DNA of 64,000 nucleotides, taken from Candidatus Latescibacterota bacterium (GTDB taxonomy: Bacteria; Latescibacterota; UBA2968). Shown piece by piece: positions 18,117 to 28,857 of this stretch. Position numbers and translations under genes: made by a program. Under the pieces are notes generated by a model. That model was not told the origin of the DNA. It ran no database searches and worked only from the letters and a program-made list of their open reading frames with translations. Each line of letters starts with the position of its first letter. The stretch's first letter is position 1. The stretch is from positions 288,001 to 352,000 of the forward strand of contig OZ242010.1 of NCBI GenBank assembly GCA_965204745.1, read 5' to 3'.

Positions 18117-20561
18117 CTACGGCGACCACATCGCGGCGCGGCGCGTGAACACCGAGGGATCGGCCAGCCATTCTGCGTAGCCGATGCGGCGGTTGTCCGT
18201 CAGAAAGTTGATCCGCGCATTGAGAAAGGTGAGCAACTCGGTATTTTCCGCGGCCACTGCAAAACCGCCGAGTTCAATTTGAGGGTCGAGGGCCGTCACT
18301 GCAAAGGCGTTGCCGGAATTTTGAACCGCGGTGCGGTTGCCGATCTCGCCTCGGGCGACCGCGTCTATGTTGCCATCGCGCAGGGCGTTGAGCAACGCGG
18401 TTTCGCCGGTCTCGTCGCCCAAATAAACCACTTGCGGCATGGTTTCAGAAGGCGGGTGAAGGCGTCGCCGGCCCATCAACACAGGAGATGCCCCCGCAGA
18501 GGTAATGACGTAATCCGCGCTGCCATCGGCAACCACAGTGTCCCGTGCGGTTTCCACGCGCACACCGGCGACCAAAATACCATTGTCATCGACGAGGCCC
18601 GTCAGTTCCAACAGGCGGGCCTCTCCTGTTGTACCGGCGAGAACCCCCACGCGCACGGCACTGGTCAGAGCCGCGTGGCTGGCAAGGCGTTGTGCATCTT
18701 CGGCGCGCACCAGCAGGGACTGCCGAAAGTCGATATGGCCGTCCGTGAATGCGACCACTTGGTTGCCCATCGCGTCTCGGGTTCGAGAATCGAGAATCGT
18801 AATCCCGCCGCCGACCAGATCGTATTGCGGTTCCGTGGGTTTCAACCAAATATCGGGCCACTCGGCGATGGGATGGCGGACAAAGGAGAGCCGCTCGCCT
18901 TTCATCGCTTCGAGCGCGGTCAACAGATCGGCTTCATAGCCGCGGTGTTCCCCAAATCCAGGGGACATCGGATCTGGGGTCGCGCTGTAACTGAGCGGCT
19001 CGAAAAAGGCGTAGAAGCCGACTTTGAGCATGCGTTTTTTGCCCGTGCTCGCCTGCGGATCAAAAACCTCAAACCGGTCATTCTTGACGGTCAGGATGAT
19101 CGGGGCGTAAACCGCGTCGCCATTGGCATCGAACGAGAAGTGGCCCAAAACAGTGGAGACGTCAATCGCGGCGAGCGCGTCTCTAATCGCGCTGGACTCG
19201 GTGGATTTGGCATCGGCAATGGCCTGCGCCAGAATATAGACCGAGGCATAGGATTGCGCGGTGAACGCGCCGGGTTCGCTGCCGTATTGCTCCCGGAACT
19301 TCGCAACAAAAGCGCGGTTGCCCGGTGGGTCGGCTTTGTTGGACCAGGTCGTAAAACTAATGGCCCCCTCGAGCGCGCCACCGGTTCGTAGCACGTCGTC
19401 TATGGTCATCAAGGTGACGAGGAAGGGAATGTCCGTGGAAATGCCGAGTTGCCGGGCTTGAATGGGAATTTGCGTGCGCCCAGGCGGCTGGGTCGAGATG
19501 AAGATGGCGTCGGGATTCAGGGCTTTGATGCGCGTCAATTGCGCGGACAAATCGTCGACCTCATCCGATTGGAAGGTCTCGGTGGTCAGCACCTCCACGC
19601 CGTTTGCGCGAAGGGCGGCTTTGAACACCTCGTCGCTGCTGCGGGAAAAGGCATCGGCGGCTTGGACGATGGTCGCCACCCGTTGATAGCCCAGGGCCGC
19701 TTGCGTTGTGGCGACGCCGCCGGGCAACAGGGCGTCAACAGTGAGGCTGATGCGGAAGAGATAATCCCCGAGCGCGCTGAGCCCACGCGCCGCAGAGGTC
19801 GGGCTGATCGCCACGACCTCGTTTTCTTGGGCGATGGGAAAGGCCGCTTGGGTCGCACTTGAGCTAAAGGGCCCGAGGACCGCGGCCACGCCATCTCGCG
19901 CGATCAACTTCGTGTAAGCGGCAGCCGCCCCCTCTATCGTGCTCCCGTCGTCTTCGATGATGAATTTGAGGGTTGCCCCATCGAGCATGCCCGAGCGGTT
20001 GATTTCTGCGAGGGCCATTTCAAAGCCATTTTTCATGGTCGCCCCGGTCGCGGCGATTCGCCCCGTCAGCGACAGGACGAGGCCGATGGGGATTTCGCCT
20101 TCGAGACGGGTCAGCATCGCGGAACTCGTCACGCGCGCCTTTCCGCCGATAGGCAAGTTGAGCACCGCTTCGTAGCCCGCATTGATCGGGATGCTCGACC
20201 AAGAACCGATTTCGCTTCCGCCTTGCATGGCGCGGGCGAGATAATAGCCCGTCACCTTGTCCGCCGCGATCTCCACCCGCGCTTGCCCCATCTCATCGGT
20301 CATTCCAGACCACTGATACGACGTTGCCCGGCCGGCAATGGAGCGCGAAAATTCCACCTTCGCACCGCTTACGGCCGCGCCATCTTGCGAGAGATTGACC
20401 CTCACCGCGGCGGCTTGGGATGCGTGTTCGCCCGCGGTCAATTTGCCCAGCGGAGGGCCGGCGGTTTCGGTTTGCGATTGGGTCACGCGCTCGCCGCCGC
20501 AGTGCCACATCAGGCCCGCGGCGAGGGTGAGGACGAGGATCCTGCGAATACTGCCCGACAT
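18117..20561 (-). CDS. Lipoprotein: N-terminal Ig-like module + LivJ-type SBP + family-3-type SBP domain
   Basis: Signal peptide ending WHC; IGLVLSLTG...GPFSS...ISPTS; C-terminal KVGFYAFFEPLSY..GYEADL. Confidence 0.85.
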   Translation of the reverse strand: MSGSIRRILVLTLAAGLMWHCGGERVTQSQTETAGPPLGKLTAGEHASQAAAVRVNLSQDGAAVSGAKVEFSRSIAGRATSYQWSGMTDEMGQARVEIAADKVTGYYLARAMQGGSEIGSWSSIPINAGYEAVLNLPIGGKARVTSSAMLTRLEGEIPIGLVLSLTGRIAATGATMKNGFEMALAEINRSGMLDGATLKFIIEDDGSTIEGAAAAYTKLIARDGVAAVLGPFSSSATQAAFPIAQENEVVAISPTSAARGLSALGDYLFRISLTVDALLPGGVATTQAALGYQRVATIVQAADAFSRSSDEVFKAALRANGVEVLTTETFQSDEVDDLSAQLTRIKALNPDAIFISTQPPGRTQIPIQARQLGISTDIPFLVTLMTIDDVLRTGGALEGAISFTTWSNKADPPGNRAFVAKFREQYGSEPGAFTAQSYASVYILAQAIADAKSTESSAIRDALAAIDVSTVLGHFSFDANGDAVYAPIILTVKNDRFEVFDPQASTGKKRMLKVGFYAFFEPLSYSATPDPMSPGFGEHRGYEADLLTALEAMKGERLSFVRHPIAEWPDIWLKPTEPQYDLVGGGITILDSRTRDAMGNQVVAFTDGHIDFRQSLLVRAEDAQRLASHAALTSAVRVGVLAGTTGEARLLELTGLVDDNGILVAGVRVETARDTVVADGSADYVITSAGASPVLMGRRRLHPPSETMPQVVYLGDETGETALLNALRDGNIDAVARGEIGNRTAVQNSGNAFAVTALDPQIELGGFAVAAENTELLTFLNARINFLTDNRRIGYAEWLADPSVFTRRAAMWSP

Positions 20562-20574
20562 AAGTGCCTCCTGT

Positions 20575-22080
20575 TTACGGCTCGAAAACCTCGAATTTGC
20601 CATTCTCTACGATCAAAGTAACCGCGTTGTGAATCCCGTCGCCCTGGGCGTCGAACGAGAAGTCGCCCAAAATGGTGGGTACATCGCGGAGTTTTGCCAA
20701 GGCGTCTCGAATCGCGCTCGCATCCGTCGATTGGGCATCGGCGATGGCCTTTGCCAAGAGGTGGACAGAGGTGTAAGACTGCGCGGTGAACGCATCGGGT
20801 TCGTCGCCAAATTTCGCGCGATAATTTTCGATGAAAGCGCGATTGCCCGGGGTATCGGCCTTTTCGCTCCAAAGCGCGATAGTAATTGCCCCCTCGGCGG
20901 CATCCCCCGCGCGTTGGACTTCGCCGATGACCAGGGTGGGGCAAATAAATGGAATCTCAAAGGGAATGCCGAGTTGGCGGCCTTGGATCATGATTTCGGG
21001 CATCTCGGTGGGCAAAGCCGAGAGGGAAATGGCGTCGATGTTCGCCTCTTTTATGCGCGTCAATTGCGCGGAAAAGTCGGTATCACCCGTTTGAAAGGTT
21101 TCCGAGATCAGCACCTCTACGCCATTGTCTCTGAACGCTTTCTTGAACGCCGCGTCGCTGCCTTGGGAAAAGACATCATCTCTGTCGTATAGCGTTGCCA
21201 CGCGCCGATAGCCGAGGGCCTGTTGCGTGGTCGCAACGCCGCTGGGCAAAAGCCGATCCACTGACAGGCTGGTGCGAAAGACAAAATCGCCTATCGCGCT
21301 GAGGCCGGGTGCGTTAGAGGTCGGGCTGATCACCACGACCCCATGTTCTTGCGCGATGGGAAAGACCGCTTTGCCCATCGTCGATGTATAAGGGCCGAGG
21401 ATGATGGACACGCCATCGCGATCAATCAGGGTGTTGAAAGCGGCGATTGCCCCTTCTGCGGTGCTTTCGTCGTCCTCGATGATGAATCGGATACGCGCCC
21501 CGTTGAGCAATGATGAGCGGTTGACTTCTTCGCGCGCGAGTTCAAAGCCATTGTTTATCGGGATGCCCGTCGATGTGAGGCTACCCGTGAGCGAGACGAC
21601 GAGGCCAATGGAATGGAAACGGGGCAACATCGGTGAACTCGTCACGCGCGCCTTTCCGCCGATAGGCAAGTTGAGCATCACTTCGTAGCCCGCATTGATC
21701 GGGATGCTCGACCACGAATCGATGCGACTGATGCGGCCTCCCATGTCCCGCAAGGCACGCGCGAGATAATAGCCCGTCACATTGTCGGCGGCGATCTCCA
21801 CCCGCGCTCGCCCCATCTCATCGGTCATTCCAGACCACTGATACGATGCGGACCGCCCGGCGATAGAGCGCGAAAACTCTACGATAGCGCCGCTTACGGC
21901 TGCGCCATCTCGCGAGAGATTGACCCGCACCACGGCTTTGGATCCACTGCTCGCGGTCAATTTGCCCAGCGGAGGGCCGGCGGTTTCGGTTTGCGATTGG
22001 GTCACGCGCTCGCCGCCGCAGTGCCACATCAGGCCCGCGGCGAGGGCGATGACAGCGATATCGCGAATGTTTTTCAACAT
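20575..22080 (-). CDS. Lipoprotein: N-terminal Ig-like module + one LivJ-type SBP domain
   Basis: Paralogue of its neighbours; branched-chain amino-acid SBP motifs (DTDFSAQLTRIK). Confidence 0.88.
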   Translation of the reverse strand: MLKNIRDIAVIALAAGLMWHCGGERVTQSQTETAGPPLGKLTASSGSKAVVRVNLSRDGAAVSGAIVEFSRSIAGRSASYQWSGMTDEMGRARVEIAADNVTGYYLARALRDMGGRISRIDSWSSIPINAGYEVMLNLPIGGKARVTSSPMLPRFHSIGLVVSLTGSLTSTGIPINNGFELAREEVNRSSLLNGARIRFIIEDDESTAEGAIAAFNTLIDRDGVSIILGPYTSTMGKAVFPIAQEHGVVVISPTSNAPGLSAIGDFVFRTSLSVDRLLPSGVATTQQALGYRRVATLYDRDDVFSQGSDAAFKKAFRDNGVEVLISETFQTGDTDFSAQLTRIKEANIDAISLSALPTEMPEIMIQGRQLGIPFEIPFICPTLVIGEVQRAGDAAEGAITIALWSEKADTPGNRAFIENYRAKFGDEPDAFTAQSYTSVHLLAKAIADAQSTDASAIRDALAKLRDVPTILGDFSFDAQGDGIHNAVTLIVENGKFEVFEP

Positions 22081-22097
22081 GGGACCTCTCATCTGAT

Positions 22098-24635
22098 TCA
22101 CATACCGAAAACCTCAAACGCGCCATTTTTGACGATCAGGATCGTCGGGGCGTAGATCCCGTCGCCATTGGCGTCAAATGAGAATTGGCCCAAGACCGTG
22201 TCCAAATCCATCGTCGAGGCCAAGGCGTCTCGAATCGCGCTCGCATCGGTCGATGAGGCAGTGGCGATAGCCCGCGCCAAGATGTGCATCGCGGCGTATG
22301 ATTGCGCGGCGAACACGCTGGGTTCACGGTCGTATTTCGCGCTGTAATTCTCGACGAAAGCGCGGTTGCCCGGAGTAGCCGCCATGCTGCTCCACGCGGC
22401 AAATACAATTACGTCCTCGGCAGCGTCCCCTGCGCGTTGAATGACGTCGGGCGTCAGGATCAGCGGGACGATAAAACGCACCGTGCTGGGAATGCCCTGT
22501 TGCCGACCTTGCATCAAAACCGCGGCCATTTCCCGTTCTTGGGTGGAGACAAAGACCGCATCGGGATTCAGGTCTTTTATTTTTTTCCACTGCGCGGAGA
22601 AGTCGGTATCGCCCGCTCGCAGGGTCTCGGTGGTCAGCACCTCCACGCCATTGTCCATGAAGACTTCTTTGAGCACCGCGTCGCTGCTTCGGGAATAGGC
22701 ATCGGTATCGTCGAATATCGTCGCCACGCGCCGATAGCCCAAAGCCGCTCGCGTTGCTTGCACGCCGCTGGGGATGAGCCGGTCCACGGTGAGGCTGGTG
22801 CGAAAGACGTAATCCCCCATCGCGCTTAGCCCACGCGCCGCAGAGGTGGGGCTGATCGCCACGACCCCATTTTCTTGCGCGACTGCAAGGGCCTCGCGGA
22901 ACACCGTTGAGGTACGAGGGCCCAGGATGACCTGCACGCCTTGGGCGATCAACTTATCGTAAGCCGCAATAGCACCCGCTGGGGTACTCCGGCTGTCTTC
23001 GACGATGAACTCGAGTCTGGCATCGGCGTGCAATTTGTCGATCTCGGCGAGGGCGAGTTCCGCAGCATTTTGCAATTCGGTCTCGGCGAGCGGCCCGGTC
23101 AGGTGCGGGACGAGGCCAATGGCAATCGCGCTGGGCGAGGGCTTGAACGCCTCGAGTTTGCCATCCTTGACGATCAGCACAGCCGGATCGTACACCCCAT
23201 CGCCATTGGCATCAAAAGAGAACTGGCCCAACACCGTGTCAAACTCCTCGATCCTCGCCAGCGCGTCTCGAATCGCGCTCGCCTCTGTCGATTGGGCATC
23301 GGCGAGGGCCTTTGCCAAGAGATGGACAGTCGCATGAGATTGCGCGGCGAACACATCGGGCTCACTGCCGAATTTCGCTCGGTAATTCTCGACAAAGGCG
23401 CGATTGCCCGGCGTATCCGCCGTACTGCTCCAGGCGGTAAACGCAACTGCCCCCTCGGCGGCGTCACCGGCGCGTTGGATTTCGCCAGCGGTCAGGGTCA
23501 GGCTCGTCAGAAAGGGCACCTCGGCGGGAATGCCCAGTTGCCGCCCTTGGATCAAAATATTGGTCGCCTCTGTGGGCAATGCGGAGATGAAGATGGCATC
23601 GGGATTCATCTCTTTGATCCGCGTCAATTGCGCGGAGAAGTCGGTATCGCCGGTTTGGAAGGTCTCGGTGGTCAGCACCTCCACGTCATTGTCCATGAAG
23701 GCTTCCTTGAGCACCGCGTCGCTGCTTTGGGAAAAGACGTCGTCGCTATCGTATAGGGTCGCCACTTGCCGATAGCCGAGGGCCTTTTGCGTGGTCGCAA
23801 CGCCGCTGGGCAATAGCCGGTCCACGGTGAGGCTGGCGCGAAAGACGTAATCGCCTAGCGCGCTGAGGCCACGCGCCGCAGAGGTCGGGCTGATCGCCAC
23901 CACTTCATTTGCTTGCGCGAGGGGAAAAATCGCTTGGGTCATGCTCGAGGTAAAAGGGCCGATGATGATGGACACGCCGTCTCGATTGATCAACTTGTCG
24001 TAAACTGTGGTTGCACCCGCGACGGAGCTTTGGTCGTCTTCGATGATAAATCGGAGACTCGCCTCGCCGAGTTGGGTGGATCGATTGATTTCTTCGCGCG
24101 CGAGTTCGATGCCATTTCTCATCGTGGAGACGGACGCCAGGGGCCCCGTCAGCGACGTGATGACGCCAATGGAAATCTCGCCCATGAGCATTTTCGATGA
24201 TCCGGTCGCGCGCGCTTTTCCACCGATAGGCAAATTGAGCATCACTTGGTAGCCCGCGTTGATCGGAATGCTCGACCACGAATCGATCTCGCTTCCGTCT
24301 CGCATGGCGCGAGCGCGATAATAGCCCGTCACATTGTCGGCTGCGATCTCCACGCGCGCCTGCCCGTTCTCATCCGTCACTCCAGACCACTGATAGGACG
24401 CTGCTCGCCCGGCAATGGCGCGCGAAAATTCCACCTTCGCACCGCTTACGGGCGCGCCATCTTGCGAGAGATTGACCCTCACCACGGCTTGGGATGCGTG
24501 ACCGCGTGCGGTCAATTTGCCCAGCGGGGGGCCTGTCGTTTCGGGTTGCGATTGGGTCACGCGCTCGCCGCCACAGTGCCACATCAGGCCCGCGGCGAGG
24601 GTGAGGACGAGGATACTGCGAATCCTGCACAACAT
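22098..24635 (-). CDS. Lipoprotein: N-terminal Ig-like module + two tandem LivJ-type SBP domains
   Basis: Internal duplication of the SBP domain; AGGAGG RBS. Confidence 0.88.
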   Translation of the reverse strand: MLCRIRSILVLTLAAGLMWHCGGERVTQSQPETTGPPLGKLTARGHASQAVVRVNLSQDGAPVSGAKVEFSRAIAGRAASYQWSGVTDENGQARVEIAADNVTGYYRARAMRDGSEIDSWSSIPINAGYQVMLNLPIGGKARATGSSKMLMGEISIGVITSLTGPLASVSTMRNGIELAREEINRSTQLGEASLRFIIEDDQSSVAGATTVYDKLINRDGVSIIIGPFTSSMTQAIFPLAQANEVVAISPTSAARGLSALGDYVFRASLTVDRLLPSGVATTQKALGYRQVATLYDSDDVFSQSSDAVLKEAFMDNDVEVLTTETFQTGDTDFSAQLTRIKEMNPDAIFISALPTEATNILIQGRQLGIPAEVPFLTSLTLTAGEIQRAGDAAEGAVAFTAWSSTADTPGNRAFVENYRAKFGSEPDVFAAQSHATVHLLAKALADAQSTEASAIRDALARIEEFDTVLGQFSFDANGDGVYDPAVLIVKDGKLEAFKPSPSAIAIGLVPHLTGPLAETELQNAAELALAEIDKLHADARLEFIVEDSRSTPAGAIAAYDKLIAQGVQVILGPRTSTVFREALAVAQENGVVAISPTSAARGLSAMGDYVFRTSLTVDRLIPSGVQATRAALGYRRVATIFDDTDAYSRSSDAVLKEVFMDNGVEVLTTETLRAGDTDFSAQWKKIKDLNPDAVFVSTQEREMAAVLMQGRQQGIPSTVRFIVPLILTPDVIQRAGDAAEDVIVFAAWSSMAATPGNRAFVENYSAKYDREPSVFAAQSYAAMHILARAIATASSTDASAIRDALASTMDLDTVLGQFSFDANGDGIYAPTILIVKNGAFEVFGM

Positions 24636-24670
24636 AATTGCCTCCTGTAAATGTTGGGTGAACGCTCGTT

Positions 24671-25180
24671 TTATTTTGCCAACGCGCCCTTTTGATCTTT
24701 GTTGAGTTTCCACGTATCCACCACGCCGTTTGAATAGGTGATGGTGAGTTGTGGGCCGATAAATTCAAACTCGGCCCCATTGTCGTGCGTGAGGGTGACG
24801 CGCGCGTCGTCAGAGGTGATTTGCCCGGTGCCGCTTTTGGGGGTCGTGTCGTAAGTGTCGTTGGAGGTCCCGGCGCCTACATCGCCAATTCTGAGTTTGG
24901 ATCGATAGGTAAATGCCGCGTCCTGAAGGTCGTACACGCGGTCGATGATGCGGATGCTCTGCTTGTCATCCGTCACGGAGAGATGCACGCGCGCTTGGGT
25001 GGGCGAGGTTGGAAACCACTCGATGAGGCCGCTGATTTGGGGGCTTTGGACGATTTCGCCCGGGGCGTGTTTGCGCGATTCCAAAAACCACGTTCCGCGA
25101 AGTTCGGCTTGGTATTTGGTGTCGTCGCTGCAACCGATTAAAAAGGCGCAAAGAACGAGTGTGAGGGTTGTACGCACCAT
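24671..25180 (-). CDS. Hypothetical lipoprotein
   Basis: Lipobox LIGC; AGGAG RBS; beta-rich sequence. Confidence 0.7.
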   Translation of the reverse strand: MVRTTLTLVLCAFLIGCSDDTKYQAELRGTWFLESRKHAPGEIVQSPQISGLIEWFPTSPTQARVHLSVTDDKQSIRIIDRVYDLQDAAFTYRSKLRIGDVGAGTSNDTYDTTPKSGTGQITSDDARVTLTHDNGAEFEFIGPQLTITYSNGVVDTWKLNKDQKGALAK

Positions 25181-25469
25181 AAAAATCTCCTGTCAAAAGT
25201 CAATGCTGGCAAAGCGAAACGACCATATCTCGTCGCGAAACAATAAAGCAGGAATCATGGCCTTGTCAAGAATAAATCAAAGGTTGGGGTTGTTTCCGAC
25301 GAATTCTCGTTCTATATTCTAACCTTTGTCAATGGTTCGGAATTTTTTGGCATTTGCCACAGCAGGCACAAAGGTTTGCGGTCAGTGGGATAATCCCCAT
25401 GTTTGAACGGGCTGTCGCCAGGCCCCGCTCGTGGCTTGTTTGTACAATTCCAACGAGGAGCACAAACCG

Positions 25470-28400
25470 ATGAAATCACTTCTTCGGTTCGCCTTGCCAA
25501 GTGTGTTGGGCATCGCGTTGCTCTGCGGCGCGTCTATCGCACAGGCTTCTTCGCCATCCGCAGAGCGCGAGGTGCATGTTTGCAAAGTTCTCGATTACGA
25601 AGCCATGCGAGCACGCGATAGCCTGTACGCCGCACGCAAGCAGGCGTTTAACCTAAATGTCGGCGCGCCACACACGGTTCGGATGATCTACTTCTTGCCC
25701 AATGACCGGCCGTTTCGCCAAGAAGTGGTCGATTCGATGAAAACGACGATCCGCCAGATTCAGACTTTTTTCCGCGATCAGATGCGAGCACATGGACATG
25801 GGGCGCTGACCTTTCGCTTTGAAACCGATGCCCAAGGCGACCCGCTGGTTCACCGCGTAGATGGGCAACATCCCGATAGCCGCTACATTTACGACACGCT
25901 CACTGCGTTTGACGAGGTTGGAATGGCATTTGATATCTGGAACAATGTTTATCTCATCGTCGTTGACAATAGTGTAGATGCAATTGTCTTGGATGGTTTC
26001 GTTGTGGCAGGCGTGGCCACGGGTGAAAGAAATGGTGGCCATACATTGGTTCCTGGGGGATTTCACTGGACTGTCGCCACCCATGAACTTGGACATGCTT
26101 TCGGATTGAAACACGATTTCAATAATGATGCGTACATCATACCGGCCAAGCCAATTATCCACATGCCATGCCGAATATTTGTCCATGCATCCCTTCTTCA
26201 ATGCCGCTATTCCAGACGTAGCGACATCGCTACCGACTATCGAACTCATTTCATCGCCTTTCTATTCGGCAGACGCAAAAAGCGTTTCTATCCGACTCAG
26301 AGTTGGCGCCCCAAATGGACTTCATCAAGTAATCCTAGGCGTTTACCCAAGAATCTTTGGAACAGGTGAGTTGAAGGCATGTCGCGAATTAAATGGCGAA
26401 AGGGATGCTGTAGTTCAATTCGATTATGATGGCGTTATTCCAGGTGATAGAAACTCAAATCTCTTGAATCCCCACACGAATCGGTTTTATGCCGTGGTCG
26501 TTGATATTTTTGGATATATAAAGGTAACGGAGTCAGATTTTTCTTGCGCGAATTGTCCGATATCGCTGACAAAAATCGCAGGCGACAACCAGCAAGGCCG
26601 CCCCGGTGAAACCCTGACAAATCCTCTGGCCGTTGCCGTGAGGGATAAAGACAGGGTTGGGCTACAAGGTATGCCGATCAAGTTTTCTATCACCTCAGGC
26701 GAGGGAGAGCTCGGAGGTAGGTTCACTACGGAGAACGCAACCACCGATGCCAATGGCAGAGCGCGAAGCAAGCTCACACTGGGGCCAAATTCGGGCACAA
26801 ACACGATTGAGGCAACGACCACTGGGCTTAAGGTGACTTTTAATGCTCGGGGTATCGGAACACCTACGACACCGATTCCAGCGATCAATTATCAGACGGC
26901 GCATTTACCCGATGGCGCGATGGCGCGCTTGGGAAAAGGGAATTTGAGTGAAAGCGATAGAGCAGTTGCATTTTCGCCGGATGGGCAACTCTTCGCGGTG
27001 GCAAGTGGCATTGGCGTTTGGCTTTATGACGCGACGACTGCTCGTGAACTCGCGTTGCTCACCGGGCACTCAAACCGATCTATTTCCGTTTCGTTTTCCC
27101 CCGACAGCAGAACGCTCGCGTCAGGCTCAGGGGATGGAACGGTCAAACTATGGGATGTGGCAACGAGACAAACTATCGCCACGCTGACGGGACATACTGA
27201 TTTTGTCACTTCTGTTGCATTTTCGCCCGATGGAACCACCCTCGCGGTTGCTGGAGCAAGGGATAGAACGGTCGAGTTGTGGGATGTGGCGACGAGACAG
27301 ACTATCGCCACGCTGACGGGACATACTGATCATGTCACTTCCGTTGCATTTTCACCCGATAGCAGAACCCTCGCATCAGGCTCATGGGATAGAACGGTCG
27401 TGCTGTGGAATGTGGCGACGAGACGGACTATCGCCACGTTGACAGGACATACAGATCATGTCACTTCCGTTGCGTTTTCACGCGATAGCAGAACCCTCGC
27501 GTCTGGCTCATGGGATAGAACGGTCAAGTTGTGGAATGTGGCGACGAGACGAACTATCGCCACGCTGACGGAACAAAAAAATAATGTCACTTCCGTGGCA
27601 TTTTCACGCAATGGAACAACCCTCGCGTCCGGCTCATGGGAGGAGGTCAAGCTGTGGGATGTAACAACGAGACAAAACATCGCCACGCTGACGGGACATA
27701 CAGATTTTGTCACTTCCGTTTCGTTTTCCCTTGATGAAACAACCCTCGCGTCCGGCTCAAGGGGGGAGGTCAAGCTGTGGGATACCAAGACAGAAAATAA
27801 TGTCACACGCAGTCATACGAGCAATGTCACTTCTGTTTTGTTTTCTCCTGATGGAGCAACCCTCGCGTCCGGCTCATGGGATAGAACGGTCAAGTTGTGG
27901 GATGTGGCGACAAGACGAACCAACGCCACGCTGACAGGACATACAAGTCAGGTCAATTCCATTTCATTTTCACGCGATGGCAGAACCCTCGCGTCCGGCT
28001 CATGGGATGAGATCAAGCTGTGGGATGTGGCAACGAGACGGACTATCGCCACGCTTGCAGGGGCGGGATCTTCCGTTTCGTTTTCTCCTGATGGGGCCAC
28101 CCTCGCGTCCGGCTCATGGGAGGAGATCAAGTTGTGGGATGTGGCGACGAGACGGACTATCGCCACGCTGACAGGACATACAGATCATGTCAATTCCGTT
28201 GCATTTTCCCCTAATGGAACAACCCTCGCGTCTGGATCGGGAGATAGAACGGTCAGGCTGTGGGATGTGGCAGCGAGGCGAACTATCGCCACGCTGACAG
28301 GACATACAAATCAGGTCAATTCCGTTTCGTTTTCCCCCGATGGAACCACCCTCGCGTCCGGCTCATGGGATGAGATCAAGTTGTGGGATGTAGCGACGAG

Positions 28401-28836
28401 ACAGACTATCGCCACGTTTGAACAGGTGAGCTCTTCCGTTTCGTTTTCCCCTGATGGGGCCACCCTCGTGTCAGGCTCATGGGCGGGGATCGAGTTGTGG
28501 GATGTGGCAACGAGACAATCCATCGCCACGCTGACAGGACATACGAGCAATGTCACGTTTTCCCCCGATGGTAGAACGCTTGCTTCGGGGTCGGATAATG
28601 GCACGGTGTTGCTATGGGATATATCGCCGTATGCCACATCTTCCTCGTCACTGACGCCGGATTTCAATGGCGATGGGCGGGTCAATTTCCCCGACTTTTT
28701 GTTGTTCGCCGCGCAATTCGGATTGCGTCGCGGCGACGCGAGCTACGATGCGCGGTTCGATTTGGATGGCGATGGCACAATCGGCTTCGGCGATTTCCTG
28801 CGCTTCGCCCGCGCCTTCGGCCGGGAAGGATCATGA
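25470..28836 (+). pseudogene. Frameshifted secreted protein: zinc metallopeptidase + Big/invasin-like + WD40 repeats + dockerin/EF-hand-like tail
   Basis: Signal peptide and HELGHAFGLKH in one frame. The other frame from ~26135 carries KIAGDNQQG/TDANGRA, about 13 WD40 repeats and DFNGDGRVNFPDF/DLDGDGTIGFGDF. Confidence 0.8.
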
Positions 28837-28857
28837 CAGCTTCTAAGGAGACCTGCG

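Noticed and set aside
25360-25440. Riboswitch upstream of the WD40 gene
   Set aside because: No recognisable aptamer consensus; the sequence matches degenerate repeat family B.
26960-28620. Regularly spaced DNA repeats as a CRISPR array or DGR
   Set aside because: They are in-frame WD40 coding repeats with no unique spacers. No cas or reverse transcriptase gene is present in the window.
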